From Balanoglossus misakiensis (lineage: Eukaryota > Animalia > Hemichordata), in NCBI GenBank assembly GCA_040954595.2, contig CM082583.2, forward strand, positions 2,675,060-2,739,059: DNA of 64,000 nucleotides, written 5' to 3'. The notes beneath the pieces were generated by a model that saw only the letters and a list, made by a program, of their open reading frames with translations, made no database searches and had not been told where the DNA came from. Below are positions 27,580 to 39,989 of the stretch, in pieces. The translations under genes were made by a program, and so were the position numbers. The first letter of the stretch is position 1, and every line of letters begins with the position of its first letter.

Positions 27580-28015
27580 TGAAGAAAGAAAATACTATTT
27601 AAAACAAAACTTAACAAACAAAAACAAAATATAAAAACAGGAAATAAAGAAAAGAAAAAAATATTACAACACTCAAAAATAAACTATATACAAAAATTAG
27701 AATCAATAAATATAGCACGGGTGACATCACTAAAACAAATAATAAAGACAAGATCGGGGAGGGGCAATGAAGAAAGGATAACACTAGTTAATGATCTATG
27801 TGTAGCAGATAATGTCTTAAATTTGTTTTGAAGGAATGTATTGCATGTGCTTGCTTGAGTGAGTGAGTGTGGGAGTGAGTGCCAGTGTTTTGTGAGACTA
27901 TATTTAATTTGATTGTGTGATAGTCTGATTTCCTCCGTTGGATAGGCGGGTCGGGTAGTGATGCAATGAGGGTTGGAGAAAAGTGTGAATGTTCTGTAGG
28001 TCATGGACAAAAATG
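27580..28015 (-). mobile_element. 3' terminal fragment of a CR1/L2-group LINE
   Basis: KHWHSLPHSLTQASTCNTF..FK resembles the ORF2 C-terminal WNxLP motif; followed by a T-rich 3' UTR. Confidence 0.6.
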
Positions 28016-28262
28016 CAACTTACATATCTACATAGTTTGTGAATGCTAAGAATATCTAATTGACGGAAACAGTCTGCACCATAGTCTCGGTTACCCAGAC
28101 TCTCTTACTCTTTCTCTCGTCTTCAGAGGGCGCTGCGCGAGAAAGAGAGTCCGGGATCACTGCAGGTTCAATTTTCCACGCAGGAAGCGTCTTTTACTAA
28201 TCGAGCGGTGCACCCTGGATACAATAACAAATCGCAGGGAATAGAGGAATGAATCGTGTTAT

Positions 28263-28569
28263 ATGCAAATTAGATGTAAAAATAGCTTTTTGGGTCAAAA
28301 ATCTTCTTCTCCATAACTACATGTACGATGGAGCTGAAATTTGGTAGGAATGTGTGTTATGGTGCCCCTACCTGATTTTGTTAATTTGGATATGATGGGG
28401 TCATAAATATGCAAATTAGATCTAAAAATAGAATTTTTGGTCAAAAATCTTCTTCTCCATAACTACTTGTACAATGGAGCTGAAATTTGGTAGGAATGTG
28501 TGTGTTATGGTGCCCCTACCTGATTTTGTTAATTGGAATTTTGATGGGGTCATGAATATGCAAATTAGA
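28263..28569. repeat. About 147-bp tandem repeat, 2+ units (HINE-type internal array)
   Basis: ATGCAAATTAGA recurs at about 28263, 28409 and 28558; units contain AAAATCTTCTTCTCC..GCTGAAATTTGGTAGG. Confidence 0.85.
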
Positions 28570-28911
28570 ACCTTGGTGCTTCCTTTTGATGTTGTTCTTT
28601 AGGATTCAATTCTTTCTTTCTTTAGCACAATGAATCCGATGAACGTCATGCCATGTTGTGTAATGACAAACGGAATATTTAAAATAAACAAGTGACCTAT
28701 CGGTCAAAAGAGCTCTGTAACCTGGGCAATGATATGAATACCCTAGGTTTTAATTAATAACAATTGTATTCTATTGAACAAAACCAAACATAGACATCAC
28801 AAGTATTTATCCAATTTCAACGAACTGCATACTGACTTCATAAATATAAATGATCGCTAACAGCTATGAACTGGCAAGTGTTCTGTTATGGATGGCCATG
28901 TGTCTTGTCTA

Positions 28912-29046
<135 letters not shown>

Positions 29047-30399
29047 TTATTTGGTATGAATCCTGTGATGGACTTTTAAGTGCCCTGTTCGGGTGAAACA
29101 TTTACCACATACTTCGCATTCATATGGTCTTTCTTTGGTATGCACTCTCAAGTGCCTTGTTAAGGCCCCAGTCACGGTGAAACATTTTCCACATGTTCTG
29201 CATTCATATGGTCTTTCTTTGGTATGGACTCTCAAATGCACTGTTAAATGCCCATTGCTGTTGAAACATTTACCGCATACTTTGCATTCATGTGGCCTTT
29301 CCTTGGTATGGACTCTCAAATGCACTGTTAAATGCCCATTGGTGTTGAAACATTTACCGCATACTTTGCATTCATATGGTCTTTCTTGGGTATGGACTCT
29401 CAAATGCACTGTTAAATGCCAATTGCTGTTGAAACATTTACCGCATACTTTGCATTCATGTGGCCTTTCCTTGGTATGGACTCTCAAATGCACTGTTAAA
29501 TGCCCATTGGTGTTGAAACATTTACCACATACTTCGCATTCATATGGTCTTTCTTTGGTATGCACTCTCAAGTGCCTTGTTAAGGCCCCATTTTGGGTGA
29601 AACATTTTCCACATGTCCTGCATTCAAATGGTCTTTCTTTGGTATGGACTCTCAAATGGGCTTTTAAGTTCCCATTCTCGGCGAAACATTTACCACATAT
29701 TTTGCATTCATATGGTTTTTCTTGGGTATGGACTCTCAAGTGCTTTGTTAAGTCCCCAGTCACGGTGAAACATTTTCCACATGTTCTGCATTCATATGGT
29801 CTTTCTTTGGTATGGACTCTCAAATGCACTGTTAAATGCCCATTGGTGTTGAAACATTTACCGCATACTTTGCATTCATATGGTCTTTCTTGGGTATGGA
29901 CTCTCAAATGTGCTGTTAAGGTCCCATTCACGGTGAAACATTTTCCACATATTCTGCATTCATATTGCTTTTCTTTGGTATGAATCCTGTGATGGACTTT
30001 TAAGTGCCCTGTTCGGGTGAAACATTTACCACATACTTCGCATTCATATGGTCTTTCTTTGGTATGCACTCTCAAGTGCCTTGTTAAGGCCCCAGTCACG
30101 GTGAAACATTTTCCACATGTTCTGCATTCATATGGTCTTTCTTTGGTATGGACTCTCAAATGCACTGTTAAATGCCCATTGCTGTTGAAACATTTACCGC
30201 ATACTTTGCATTCATGTGGCCTTTCCTTGGTATGGACTCTCAAATGCACTGTTAAATGCCCATTGGTGTTGAAACATTTACCGCATACTTTGCATTCATA
30301 TGGTCTTTCTTGGGTATGGACTCTCAAATGTGCTGTTAAGGTCCCATTTTGGGTGAAACATTTTCCACATATTCTGCATTCATATTGCTTTTCTTCCAT
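29047..30399 (-). CDS. Tandem C2H2 zinc-finger protein, 16 fingers (2 more disabled fingers to about 28870)
   Basis: 84-bp/28-aa units [28 protein letters not shown]; splice acceptor TTTTGCAG about 43 nt upstream of the ATG; no effector domain visible. May be a pseudogene. Confidence 0.85.
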   Translation of the reverse strand: MEEKQYECRICGKCFTQNGTLTAHLRVHTQERPYECKVCGKCFNTNGHLTVHLRVHTKERPHECKVCGKCFNSNGHLTVHLRVHTKERPYECRTCGKCFTVTGALTRHLRVHTKERPYECEVCGKCFTRTGHLKVHHRIHTKEKQYECRICGKCFTVNGTLTAHLRVHTQERPYECKVCGKCFNTNGHLTVHLRVHTKERPYECRTCGKCFTVTGDLTKHLRVHTQEKPYECKICGKCFAENGNLKAHLRVHTKERPFECRTCGKCFTQNGALTRHLRVHTKERPYECEVCGKCFNTNGHLTVHLRVHTKERPHECKVCGKCFNSNWHLTVHLRVHTQERPYECKVCGKCFNTNGHLTVHLRVHTKERPHECKVCGKCFNSNGHLTVHLRVHTKERPYECRTCGKCFTVTGALTRHLRVHTKERPYECEVCGKCFTRTGHLKVHHRIHTK

Positions 30400-32351
30400 T
30401 CCTTAATTCGGGTCAATCGATACTTTTCTCCTTCTCCAATGACTGCAAAATGAATTAAAGTATAAAATCAGTTGTGATTTTTAATGTCGATGTTTATCAT
30501 AGCCAGATGCCCCTCAACACCCCCTACGAGATGAGATTCTCTTGGTGTGTAATTATGCGCCACTGTCACATACAATCAGTTGTGATTTAATGTTAGCATA
30601 GACTGATCCCCCCTAAGGTGGTTGGAAAGGCTAGGGCTTCAGTTAAAATTTCATTCACTGAATTTATATCTAGAAATGTATTTCAGAAAAATCAAAATGA
30701 TGAAAAATTCTGGGCAATAAACGTGTAATAAGATATTGCTTGTTTTATTATAGCTAAATTCATACACCCGGCAAGGAAACTAGGGAGTCTTATTATTGAC
30801 GGCATACAATCGAGGTTATTTGAAAAAATCTGTAAATTCACCACTGCCACTCGATAGAACATCTTTTTTCGCGAACGGTGCGAGCTCGACTCGTGCTTGG
30901 CAATGGATTGACTGCGTTACGTGCGTATGATTGACTGCCGTGTTCAACCATCCATGTTCAGATTCTTCCCCTGTCCCACTCGGACTAGTAGTTTCTCTTG
31001 GCTCTGGCTGCTTGTACGTTTGACACATTCCGCTGTATGTCCACTTTCGGACAAAGCCTCAAATCGCAGCTTTCGCTTCAATTGTTACCCGCTCGTGTCA
31101 CGCTCTCCGTACAGGCAAACGCATATACTCAACCAGCGATGTAGGACTCCCACAGCGACTTGTTGCTATACAAGACGCTACGCATGCGCACAAGGACGGG
31201 TTCCCCTTGCAATATTCCGCGATAGATAGCCTTGCTTGTACATTAAAGGCTGCCAAATTATGGACATTTTTACATTTCTAGGGAACCCCAAAGGCCAGCA
31301 GAAAGGCGTTTGACCCAGATAAATCCTTCGCCGTGAACTGCCGCTTAACTTTACATATTTCGCTACTTTTCTGCCCTTCGCCATAATGTTATGGTTTTTA
31401 TTTGTGATAGAATTTTTTTATTATGAAATTTTCAGGAAAGGCTTGGGACATCCAAAAGAACAATTTTATGGAGCGTTTTTTGCATAAATTTTATGGTACA
31501 TAAATTTTCATGGGTCAAGTATACAAATCAAGATGGCGGCTGTTTTGAAACCTATTGCCGATTTTGGTTGAAGAACTGGGAAAACATAGGCAAAATCGAC
31601 AAATACCGTGAAATCCTTTGCCAGGTAAGCGCTGAATGGGTTCCGGGACCGATTTGGCGAACAAATTGTGGAAAATTGTGGACTGGAGACGTCTGGAGTG
31701 TACAAATTCGCTCCGGCCCAAAATCTCGGTCGCTCGTTGTGCGGTTTAGAATAGCTCGGACCTGCAGCCCCGCCCTCCCGCAAAACCAAAAATCGTCCAG
31801 GGGAGATGGAGGGGCTGCAAACTGCAGCAAACTTCGCAGCACCTCGGGATGCTGTGCTCTCGTTCAGCTGTCGCTTGTAAATTACGAACAAAAGTGGAAA
31901 TTTACGAAAATAATAACGTCTGATAGTGAATTTTGTTTTTTGAAGCCTAATTTTCAGTCGAAAATGAACATCGCATCTCGATTTTCAATCGACGCGATCA
32001 CGATGATCGAGCGAGAAACGTCCTGGTCAGGTGATTAGTAACCTTTGACCAAGGTCGGTGAGGGTCACTTGCAAAGCACTTCCAGCTAGCCTCCAGTAGA
32101 CATGATGTACGTTTCGATGCGTCTGGGCGATCACTTTCTTTGAAGCATTTACGTAGGATATTTTCGAATTTTTTGGAAACCGGACATCTAGTTGTGCACA
32201 GAATAGTACCAAGTTCGCTTACTGTGATTCTTTTGGCTCGCTTTATGTTTTTAACCGATTGATGTACTGGCCGTGGGGCTATGCGTACGCCAACGGGAGT
32301 AAGCGCATGATGGCCGCTGAGCGTGAAAAGCCTCACCGTAGGCCAACAAAG

Positions 32352-32754
32352 TATGGAATGCCATAACTGCCTTAAGTGAACTGAACTCATGTTCTCCAGT
32401 GCATTTAACATGTTTTCTTGTGCATTTCATATATGGTCCTGTGCATTTACCATGTTGTCTTGTGCATTTTATATATGGTCCTGTGCATTTATATACGTTG
32501 TCCTGTGCATTTATATACATTGTCTTGTGCATTTGACATGTTGTCCTGTGGTTTTGTACATGTTGTGTGGTGCATTCAACTTCATTAGAAGAAGATCAAC
32601 TTCATTAGAAGAAGATCAAGCTGTTCCGCCAGGGGGAGGAGAACATGCTAATCCGGGTAATGAGCAAGAAAACATGCTAAATGCACAAGAAAACATGTTA
32701 AATGCACAAGAGAACATGAGTTCAATTCACTTAAGGCAGTTGTGGCTTTCCATA
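32352..32754. mobile_element. Non-autonomous IS3EU-like element with 21-bp subterminal tandem repeats
   Basis: TATGGAA...TTCCATA termini, about 45-bp TIR continuing into (TCTTGTGCATTTAACATGTTT)-like units, 6-bp TSD ACAAAG at 32346-32351 and 32755-32760. Confidence 0.75.
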
Positions 32755-32898
32755 ACAAAGCGTAGCGGCTTTTTGATTCGTCCTATATACAACTCAGTTT
32801 TCTTCTCAAAAATGTACCATATTTTAAAAAAAATACCATACAAAACCGCAAATAAACGAAAACCAATTATGAATGAATATTGATCAGGTTTTATTTAA

Positions 32899-33404
32899 AG
32901 GCACGTAAGCTGTAACTTTTGGGATAATTTTCATAATTTTTGTTTCATACTGCACTACCATTAGTCCATGCAGATGAAGGCAGTGAACTATACACAAGCA
33001 TTATAAACCTTAAATATGAGTGCGTATGCAAGTTTTAACCAGATAAATAATAAAGCTTTGCCGCAAGCGATTATGGCCGCCACCATGGGAAAATGCAAGA
33101 AACAATGAAAATGTTGCATTTCCGGTTATGAAAGTTCATAAACAAAACATGATCTCATACACTTGAGCTCATGGAAGTAAATGTACACCACTGAGACATC
33201 AGATTTTCATTTTTCATTGCAATATTGCACTTTTTTTTTAAAATTCAGGAATTGTCGTTTTTCTTTAATTTTTGGCCATTTTGTCAAAAATAAGTGTTGA
33301 GCTTGATATATTATCATGAAATATCATTGAATAGACATGATTAAAAGCATATATGAGATTATTTAAAACTTTATTTTTTTTATCCAGTTGCAGCTCATGT
33401 GCCT
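32899..33404. mobile_element. TTAA-type MITE (Kolobok-like)
   Basis: TTAA|AGGCACGTAAGCTGTAACT...AGTTGCAGCTCATGTGCCT|TTAA. Confidence 0.75.
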
Positions 33405-33627
33405 TTAATTTGCCTATGATGAATTTGAGTATTTGTGTGAAAATCGGGGGGAGGGGGGGTGTCAAGTATGGTTTTGTTGTTGAAAATCAAACTTTCTTTG
33501 TAGTAAATTGTAATTATGTTTTGCCTTGCTCATTACTTCATAGCCATTGGGGTAAGATTTCAATGTTTGTCTCAATCTAAGAAGTCAGCCATACTTTCAA
33601 ATACATATGCAAGTACATGCAAATTAA

Positions 33628-34040
33628 GGATGTACGTTCAGTAAAATTGAAAGTATTGTCATTTTTTTTAATTGTGGATTTTTGGATTCTCCTTTGTATG
33701 TATAATGAAAATCCGTAATAAAATATAGGGGTCACCGCGCTTGTTTTTGAAATACAGAGCCATGAATTTAGTCGATAATAGAAGAAAACTGATGACTCAG
33801 CATTTTTCACCAATGGTTTGTCTATGGGCAAAATTTTTGATGCAATTTATCTCAAAATAGAGCGCGGTGACCCCTATATTTTATTTGACCAATGAATTTA
33901 TATTTGCTGGATTGAGCTATGTGTAAAATTTCGTGAAAATGACAATAGTAGAAGTTTGTTTTCTAGCAATTTTCAATGTAATCCTATGGGAAAAAGACCG
34001 GGCGCGCACTGTTTCCGGTTTATGTTCTGCGCGTACATCC
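33628..34040. mobile_element. TTAA-type MITE (Kolobok-like)
   Basis: TTAA|GGATGTACG...CGTACATCC|TTAA. Confidence 0.72.
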
Positions 34041-34677
34041 TTAATATGTTAATTTTATGCAAAATAATATGCACAGTAGCCGCCTATCTAAAAATTTTAT
34101 CCGTGGAGAACACCGAGTAAGCCAAGCCACAAATCCGTGTGCAAATTGAATATATCGGTGATCTGTTTATATGATTATCATTAGCTAAGGTTAGGTGGTA
34201 AACTGTTGTGATTCATATGTGTAATTTACATACTGCAAGTTAAATATCGCAATTAGCCTAATGTTTGACCATAGACAGTATGGTTTGACTTATAGAGGAG
34301 CACCTATTAATCCGAGAACAAAGGGATATAAAGTTGCTTTTAAATTGTGTTTTGATAATTTACCTACCCTATAAGTAGTTTAGTAACCATAATATCTTTG
34401 CAAATCATTCTTTCCACAGCTCCTTGTATCACATATAGTAGTCTAAATTTATTTTGGTGTTTACAGTTGTTATTTGGTGGGTGAAATTATCTGTATTGGT
34501 GGCCATTTTGAAAAAAATGTTTACCATGGAAACTTGTCAACAGATATTTAGTGGCTCGCTATCTGAATTTGTTTAGTACACATTAACACACATCTGAGCC
34601 AAGTTTGGTGCTTTTATCACAAAATGCACAATCGCTATGAAAATTGGGGTTTGGCCGCTCCATTAAGTATGGTATAG

Positions 34678-36051
34678 CAGTGTTTTCTCTAGACCGCGCA
34701 ATTGCGCAAAATGCACTTTTTGAGCAATTGTCTGCCGCCTAAAAATTATGCAATGCGCGGAAACTGCGCACTTGCCATTGACTATACACAGCCAGCAATA
34801 AGTATACTGTGAACGGCACCTGTGATAGCGACCCGAGTGTGGGTGAGCGTGACCTGTGAATTTGCTGTTATTTTCAGAAATAATACTCCCCCCTGAATAA
34901 CAAACCATTGCCAGTCATTCAATGTTAATGAATTAAGTGACCTCTACCTCATGCCGCTGAGTGATCGTGCAAGTTAACTCTGCCCGCTTAGCAACAAAAC
35001 GGTAAGCGTTTTCCGCATGATATCTTAGTAATATTGTGGAATTGATCAGAAAAATGAATTTTTGTGATATTTTGATTACGAGGAAGTGGAAATTTTGGGG
35101 TGTTTTAGTCATTTTCAGTCAGAAATTTAGCGATCATTTTGATAGTAGGAAATAGAGTATGAGGGCGTTTTGCCCATGCATTTCCTATGGAGCTTTTGCT
35201 CGCTGAGTATATGACCACGGTTGAAGGCATTTTCCCTTGTATTTCTTATGGTCAGTGCATGGAAATTAAAGTCGTTTTAATTACTTGTTGTTAACTTGTG
35301 TTTTTGAGAAAAGAAGAGAACGGGGCTTTTACTGAAGTCTTTATGCAGATATTGTTAACTTGTGTTTTTGAGAATTCTATATTGTTGAATTATGGTTCTT
35401 AATACGTTTGATTATGGTTTCTTGGATCTTTAATTCTCTGTCAGCAAACCAAATGAAGGTGAAATAATTGTTTTTATTTACTCACTTTAATTTTGAGCAA
35501 TTTTGCATGATCGTAACATAAAAATATTTATAATCAGTATTATAATGTGATACTAACATGACAGTTCATGTATTTTATTGCAAATGTGGATGTTACAAAG
35601 GGTGAAATTTATGATTTTGTTCTTCAAACTTCAGTGAACATTGTCAATTGCAGATCAACTCAGAATGAGGTATCCTGCTATCAAGAAAGGTGGTGCAGCA
35701 GACATGACTTCATACAATAAGGATGTCTTTGACAAATGTAAAAAGAAAATGTATTTAATAAAGGGAAAGAGGCTCCACACCTCAATTATTAGTTTCTTAG
35801 TGTTTTTGTGTCATGTTGTTTTGTTCCGGGTCTCTGCTGACAACTATAGGGGTAAAGTTAAACCCAAGTTTTCACCTGGAACCCATTTGTATTGTCATTC
35901 ATTTGTAAATGAAATTGTAGGGGGCGATACTTTTTCCTTAATATTGATATTAAATAAATAATGCTGCCCCCTAAAATTTCAATTCTGCCCCCTAAATTTG
36001 ATGGAGGGGGCAGAATCTGCCCCTTTCCATGTGCATCTAGAGAAAACACTG
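34678..36051. mobile_element. Non-autonomous hAT-like DNA transposon
   Basis: Perfect 16-bp TIR CAGTGTTTTCTCTAGA / TCTAGAGAAAACACTG; flanking direct repeat GTATAG at 34672-34677 and 36052-36057. Confidence 0.75.
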
Positions 36052-36069
36052 GTATAGTAGGAGTTAAAC

Positions 36070-38341
36070 CAATCTGATTAAAATCAGATGTATGAAACGA
36101 CGACTTGGTTTTTTTTTTATGCTGTCGCCTCACACTACATCTGACCAACTCCCACTGGAGCTACCGTTGAAATCGACGGGATTTACTGGGCGAATAAACC
36201 AATCAGAAGGCGCCTTATAGCAAACGATAGGCATCCCACAATCACATGACCTGGCCCCTTGCGGTTGTTACCATGGAGCTACCACAGACATATATCCCGG
36301 GCGCGAGAGTCGAATCAGCGTGGGGAATGGCTTCGAGCCAGTTCAACGTGACGACTGAACCTCTATATTCCACCGGCCAACGAAATGTATAAGACGTGGC
36401 AACAAGTCACAGTAAAATTGTTAGAGAATCGATTACATTTGTGTAAGGCCGTCCCAGGGAGAGATTCTGTCGCCACGATCGTTTGTATACACCAGAGTGT
36501 ACCGACCGACTGCACAGTGCACTGACTTGACTAGCTCTGCGTGCAGGTCTGTGTGTTCCCGGCGTTACACGGACGTTAGAAGAAGTTAATCGCATCATAT
36601 TTGGGGTCGGTTGAAGTAGACAGGGAAAGGATTTTGCTTCGATAAAATCGAATTTCGACAGAAAAAGCTGCGGGCGGGCGTCCAGACCGCAGACGCACCA
36701 GTTTTGTCTATGGGGCCTTATGCAGGGCTGTGTGCGTCGGGAACACACAGACCTGAACGCGGAGCTATGACTTGACATTCCTTAGCCGAAGTTAGCGTTC
36801 TTTTTAAAAATCTGTCACATAAATTGTTTTGGGATACATGGCAGTGAAATTTGGTTTATTTTTTATAAACTTTTACATGAAGTACGTCATTTTCCCGACT
36901 GGCAGCATGACTACGAGGGCGAACATGACTTGTTAGGAGAGTTTATAAATGATCAACGACAGTTCATCATTTGTATATGGCTTCAGCTCGACGTTGCACT
37001 GCTCTGCGAAAACCACTCGCATACGATGACGCAAAACAAAGAAAGATACCATGGGATTACATGTAATTGTTCACAAGAGAAAGCCAATCTTTCGTATTCT
37101 GTGCGATACTCGAAGTCAACAACAAAATTTACACCTTTTTGTGTTGCATGGGCTATTTCGTTTATTCCAATTGGCATATTTCGTTGAGATTGCATACCCA
37201 TTTCGATACAGTCGTTAACATTATCGATATAGCCTTTGGCGGCCATCTTGCTTGTTTTGGTTCGCATCGAATCTCTAGGGCACAGTCAAGACAAAGAATG
37301 TATGGCTTCATCATGTCCTTGAAAGTTCAAAATTGTCATAAATGTGCTGTGACTTTATAAATTATCCACTCTCTGTTCTGTTTTCCTCAAATCTGGTGGT
37401 ATACGTACTGTGCGTGCAAGCAATTCCGTAATCATGAGTATGGTTTGCTTATTCGTATGGCCAGGCTCGTTAGCACCTGATATCTTTCGTTTACTCAAGT
37501 GTTTACCGAGTCGAGCATCTAACAATGGAGAAAAAAAAGTTTCCCAACCGTCTCTTTCTAGTAACTGTAGTGCCTTTCTCACGTGCCGTCAACGCCGCCC
37601 CAGCGACTGCCCTAGGGCGGCGTTAATTTGTAAGTGCCACGTGTGAAAAGGTGAGAGCGGCCCTGCGCCGCTCTTTTTTTGTGACGGTGTTGAGGGGTGG
37701 GACCTGGGTCGGGGCGCCGCACTAAACAGCGATTCAAATCACGTGTGAACAGAAACACCGCACTAAACGCCGATCTAAACGCACTCTACCGACGCGGTTT
37801 GTCTCATTAAGTGCTGCATTAAGCGTTGAGGTTCACTTTACTAAAACAATGGCCGAAGCAGTGTCTCGAGACAACAATTGGAGTGACGCGGAAATGGCCA
37901 AGGCACATACACAGGAATTGCAAACTCGACCTCCGACGACGATTTTGTAGCATGGACTGCAGTCTTCCGGGCGCAACCTCCAATGAAAGGTTACCATAAA
38001 CCGGTATCGGTTCATTCAAATGCCCATGAAATCGGCGTCGGCGACGTTTAAAAAGCAAATTCAGGAGTACCATATACAGTAGCTCTGGACTTATACGCTG
38101 TTTGGGTATAAGTCCAGAGCTACATATACAGTAAACACATCACTGAATCCGCCATTGTGACCTTTAGCCACGCTGCTGTGGACGCATTGAGTGCGGTGAT
38201 CCCGTCCCTTTTATACACATGTGAATGCAAAACTATTTGAGTCGCTGATAAGAAATGTTTACCAACTTTTATAATCCCAAAAAGGGCGCCCTAATCATTG
38301 CACGTGTGCAAGCGACTTGTGATCTGATTTTAATCAGATTG
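36070..38341. mobile_element. 2.27-kb composite TIR element with self-palindromic termini and 9-bp TSD (Mutator-like?)
   Basis: CAATCTGATTAAAATCAGAT...ATCTGATTTTAATCAGATTG flanked by GAGTTAAAC at 36061-36069 and 38342-38350. Confidence 0.72.
38080..38122. mobile_element. 43-bp hairpin micro-element with 9-bp TSD
   Basis: TAGCTCTGGACTTATAC-N9-GTATAAGTCCAGAGCTA flanked by CATATACAG at 38071-38079 and 38123-38131. Confidence 0.75.
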
Positions 38342-39685
38342 GAGTTAAACCAGCTGGAAGTGAATGCCATTTATATGCTAATGAGACCTCGCACAATTCC
38401 AACAGGAGTGAGTGAGGGTCAAAGTCCGTCGCTGCCGGAGTGTTAAACCCGTGTACTCGGGTAGTACTCTTTGGAAAATCTGCTGAAATACGTAAACAGA
38501 CCTGTGATTTTTGTTCACGAAAGGAGTTTGGGGACCAGAAATAATCAGAGTTCAGGCTTGTATAGAGCGTTTTATTGAATTACGCTCACTTTTTTTTTCT
38601 GTTGCCGTTCAAATGTTCCTACACAAGTCGTTGCAACTGCATGATCAGTATGGGGGGTTGACTGTCCCACCATGGCTGTCCGTGGGGTTAATCCCCCCCC
38701 CCCAACGGTACAGCTGCGTACCACAGCTAGATCCCCCCACCCTCAGCGCCACCTACACGATGAGATTTTCCTAGTGTGTAATTATGCGGCACGGGCACAT
38801 TTTTGATACAAGATCGCTTGTCTGAGCAGTTACGCCATTACTATGCCATTTCTGTGTGACACAGCAGGTTGGCCCTGCACAACTCCCAAGATATCAACCG
38901 ACTGTGGTTTGACAAAGAACTAACCTCAAAAATCCAGTTGAGTTATCCCCAACTAATACCGCGGAAGACAAGTCGCCTGTACCAACTTCAGAGAATTGAC
39001 GACACAACACAGACGACCGCTCCGCCAGACGAGGATCTTTCAAAATAGGACGCTATCAGAGTGGTCAGTGTATGTAAATATATTGGGTTGAACCATTTGA
39101 TACTCCACGAAGGGGTGCACTGCATATCTCGCACCCAACCATGATGGAATATTTATTTCATATTCCCAGAACAATGTTTTATAGTCTCATTGTCTGCTAA
39201 TTAATGACGATATATTATTATGAAATTTTAGGTTTAATTAGTTACTTAATTCATCACGTTTGTTTTCATTATTAAACATTTTCGGCCATTTTTTTCAACC
39301 CGCTCCCCCCCCCCCAAAATACAAGTAGTATGTCGAATGGCCCAACTTTCATGACAAAAACAGTGACATAATGTGTGCTTTGTGTCTTTGTACACAGTTG
39401 CTTGGGAGTTGGGTCGTATATACACGGCGATCGCCTATATGACACAGAAAAAGGACAAGTCATGAAACCAAACTTCCATTTTGAAAGATGCATTGTCAAG
39501 TTCCGTAGATGTTTTCACTCACACAAAGGCGAAATTTAATCAATAAATCGGCATCGTTACCACCCATTCCTTGTTAAAATTCCTACCTGCTATCCTACTT
39601 GCCCATTTATAACGATCTTCCATGTGTTTTGGGGCGATTTCTGAGAGGGACCTCGCGTTCTACACGCTCAAATCTAGTTTCCAGC

Positions 39686-39749
39686 CAATCTGATTAAAAT
39701 CAGATGTAGGGAACGGCGACGTTCCCTACATCTGATTTTAATCAGATTG
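39686..39749. mobile_element. 64-bp perfect palindrome, minimal derivative of the 36070-38341 family
   Basis: 30-bp perfect arms, 4-nt loop GCGA, flanked by GTTTCCAGC at 39677-39685 and 39750-39758. Confidence 0.85.
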
Positions 39750-39989
39750 GTTTCCAGCTACCTTTTCATTACATTTAAATTAGGCTAATTTAAATGTTTC
39801 AAACGAAAGCATATTTTGGTGGGCAACCAATCACAGCCCCGGTACTTTCCAACGGACAGCTGAAGGTTCAAAGAAGAAAAGTGCAGCCCTCGTTTTCTGA
39901 AAATATTTCTTCTATCGTTTTACAGCATGGCATAAAGTTTACTGGTATTTGATTTATAATACAATGAAACTGACACGAATGTTTGGCTC

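Noticed and set aside
29047-30399. 84-bp periodic array as a CRISPR-like or non-coding satellite
   Set aside because: It is coding C2H2 periodicity with no unique spacers and no cas genes.
29093-30406. Long + strand ORFs (296 aa, 129 aa)
   Set aside because: Antisense shadows of the zinc-finger repeat, a common artefact.
31493-32883. Cluster of overlapping 60-180 aa ORFs
   Set aside because: No recognisable domains; they lie in GC-richer repeat DNA and in the 21-bp repeats of the IS3EU-like element.
37849-37985. MAEAVSRDNNWSDAE, a possible Myb/SANT start of a Harbinger accessory gene
   Set aside because: Too short and degraded to support a call.
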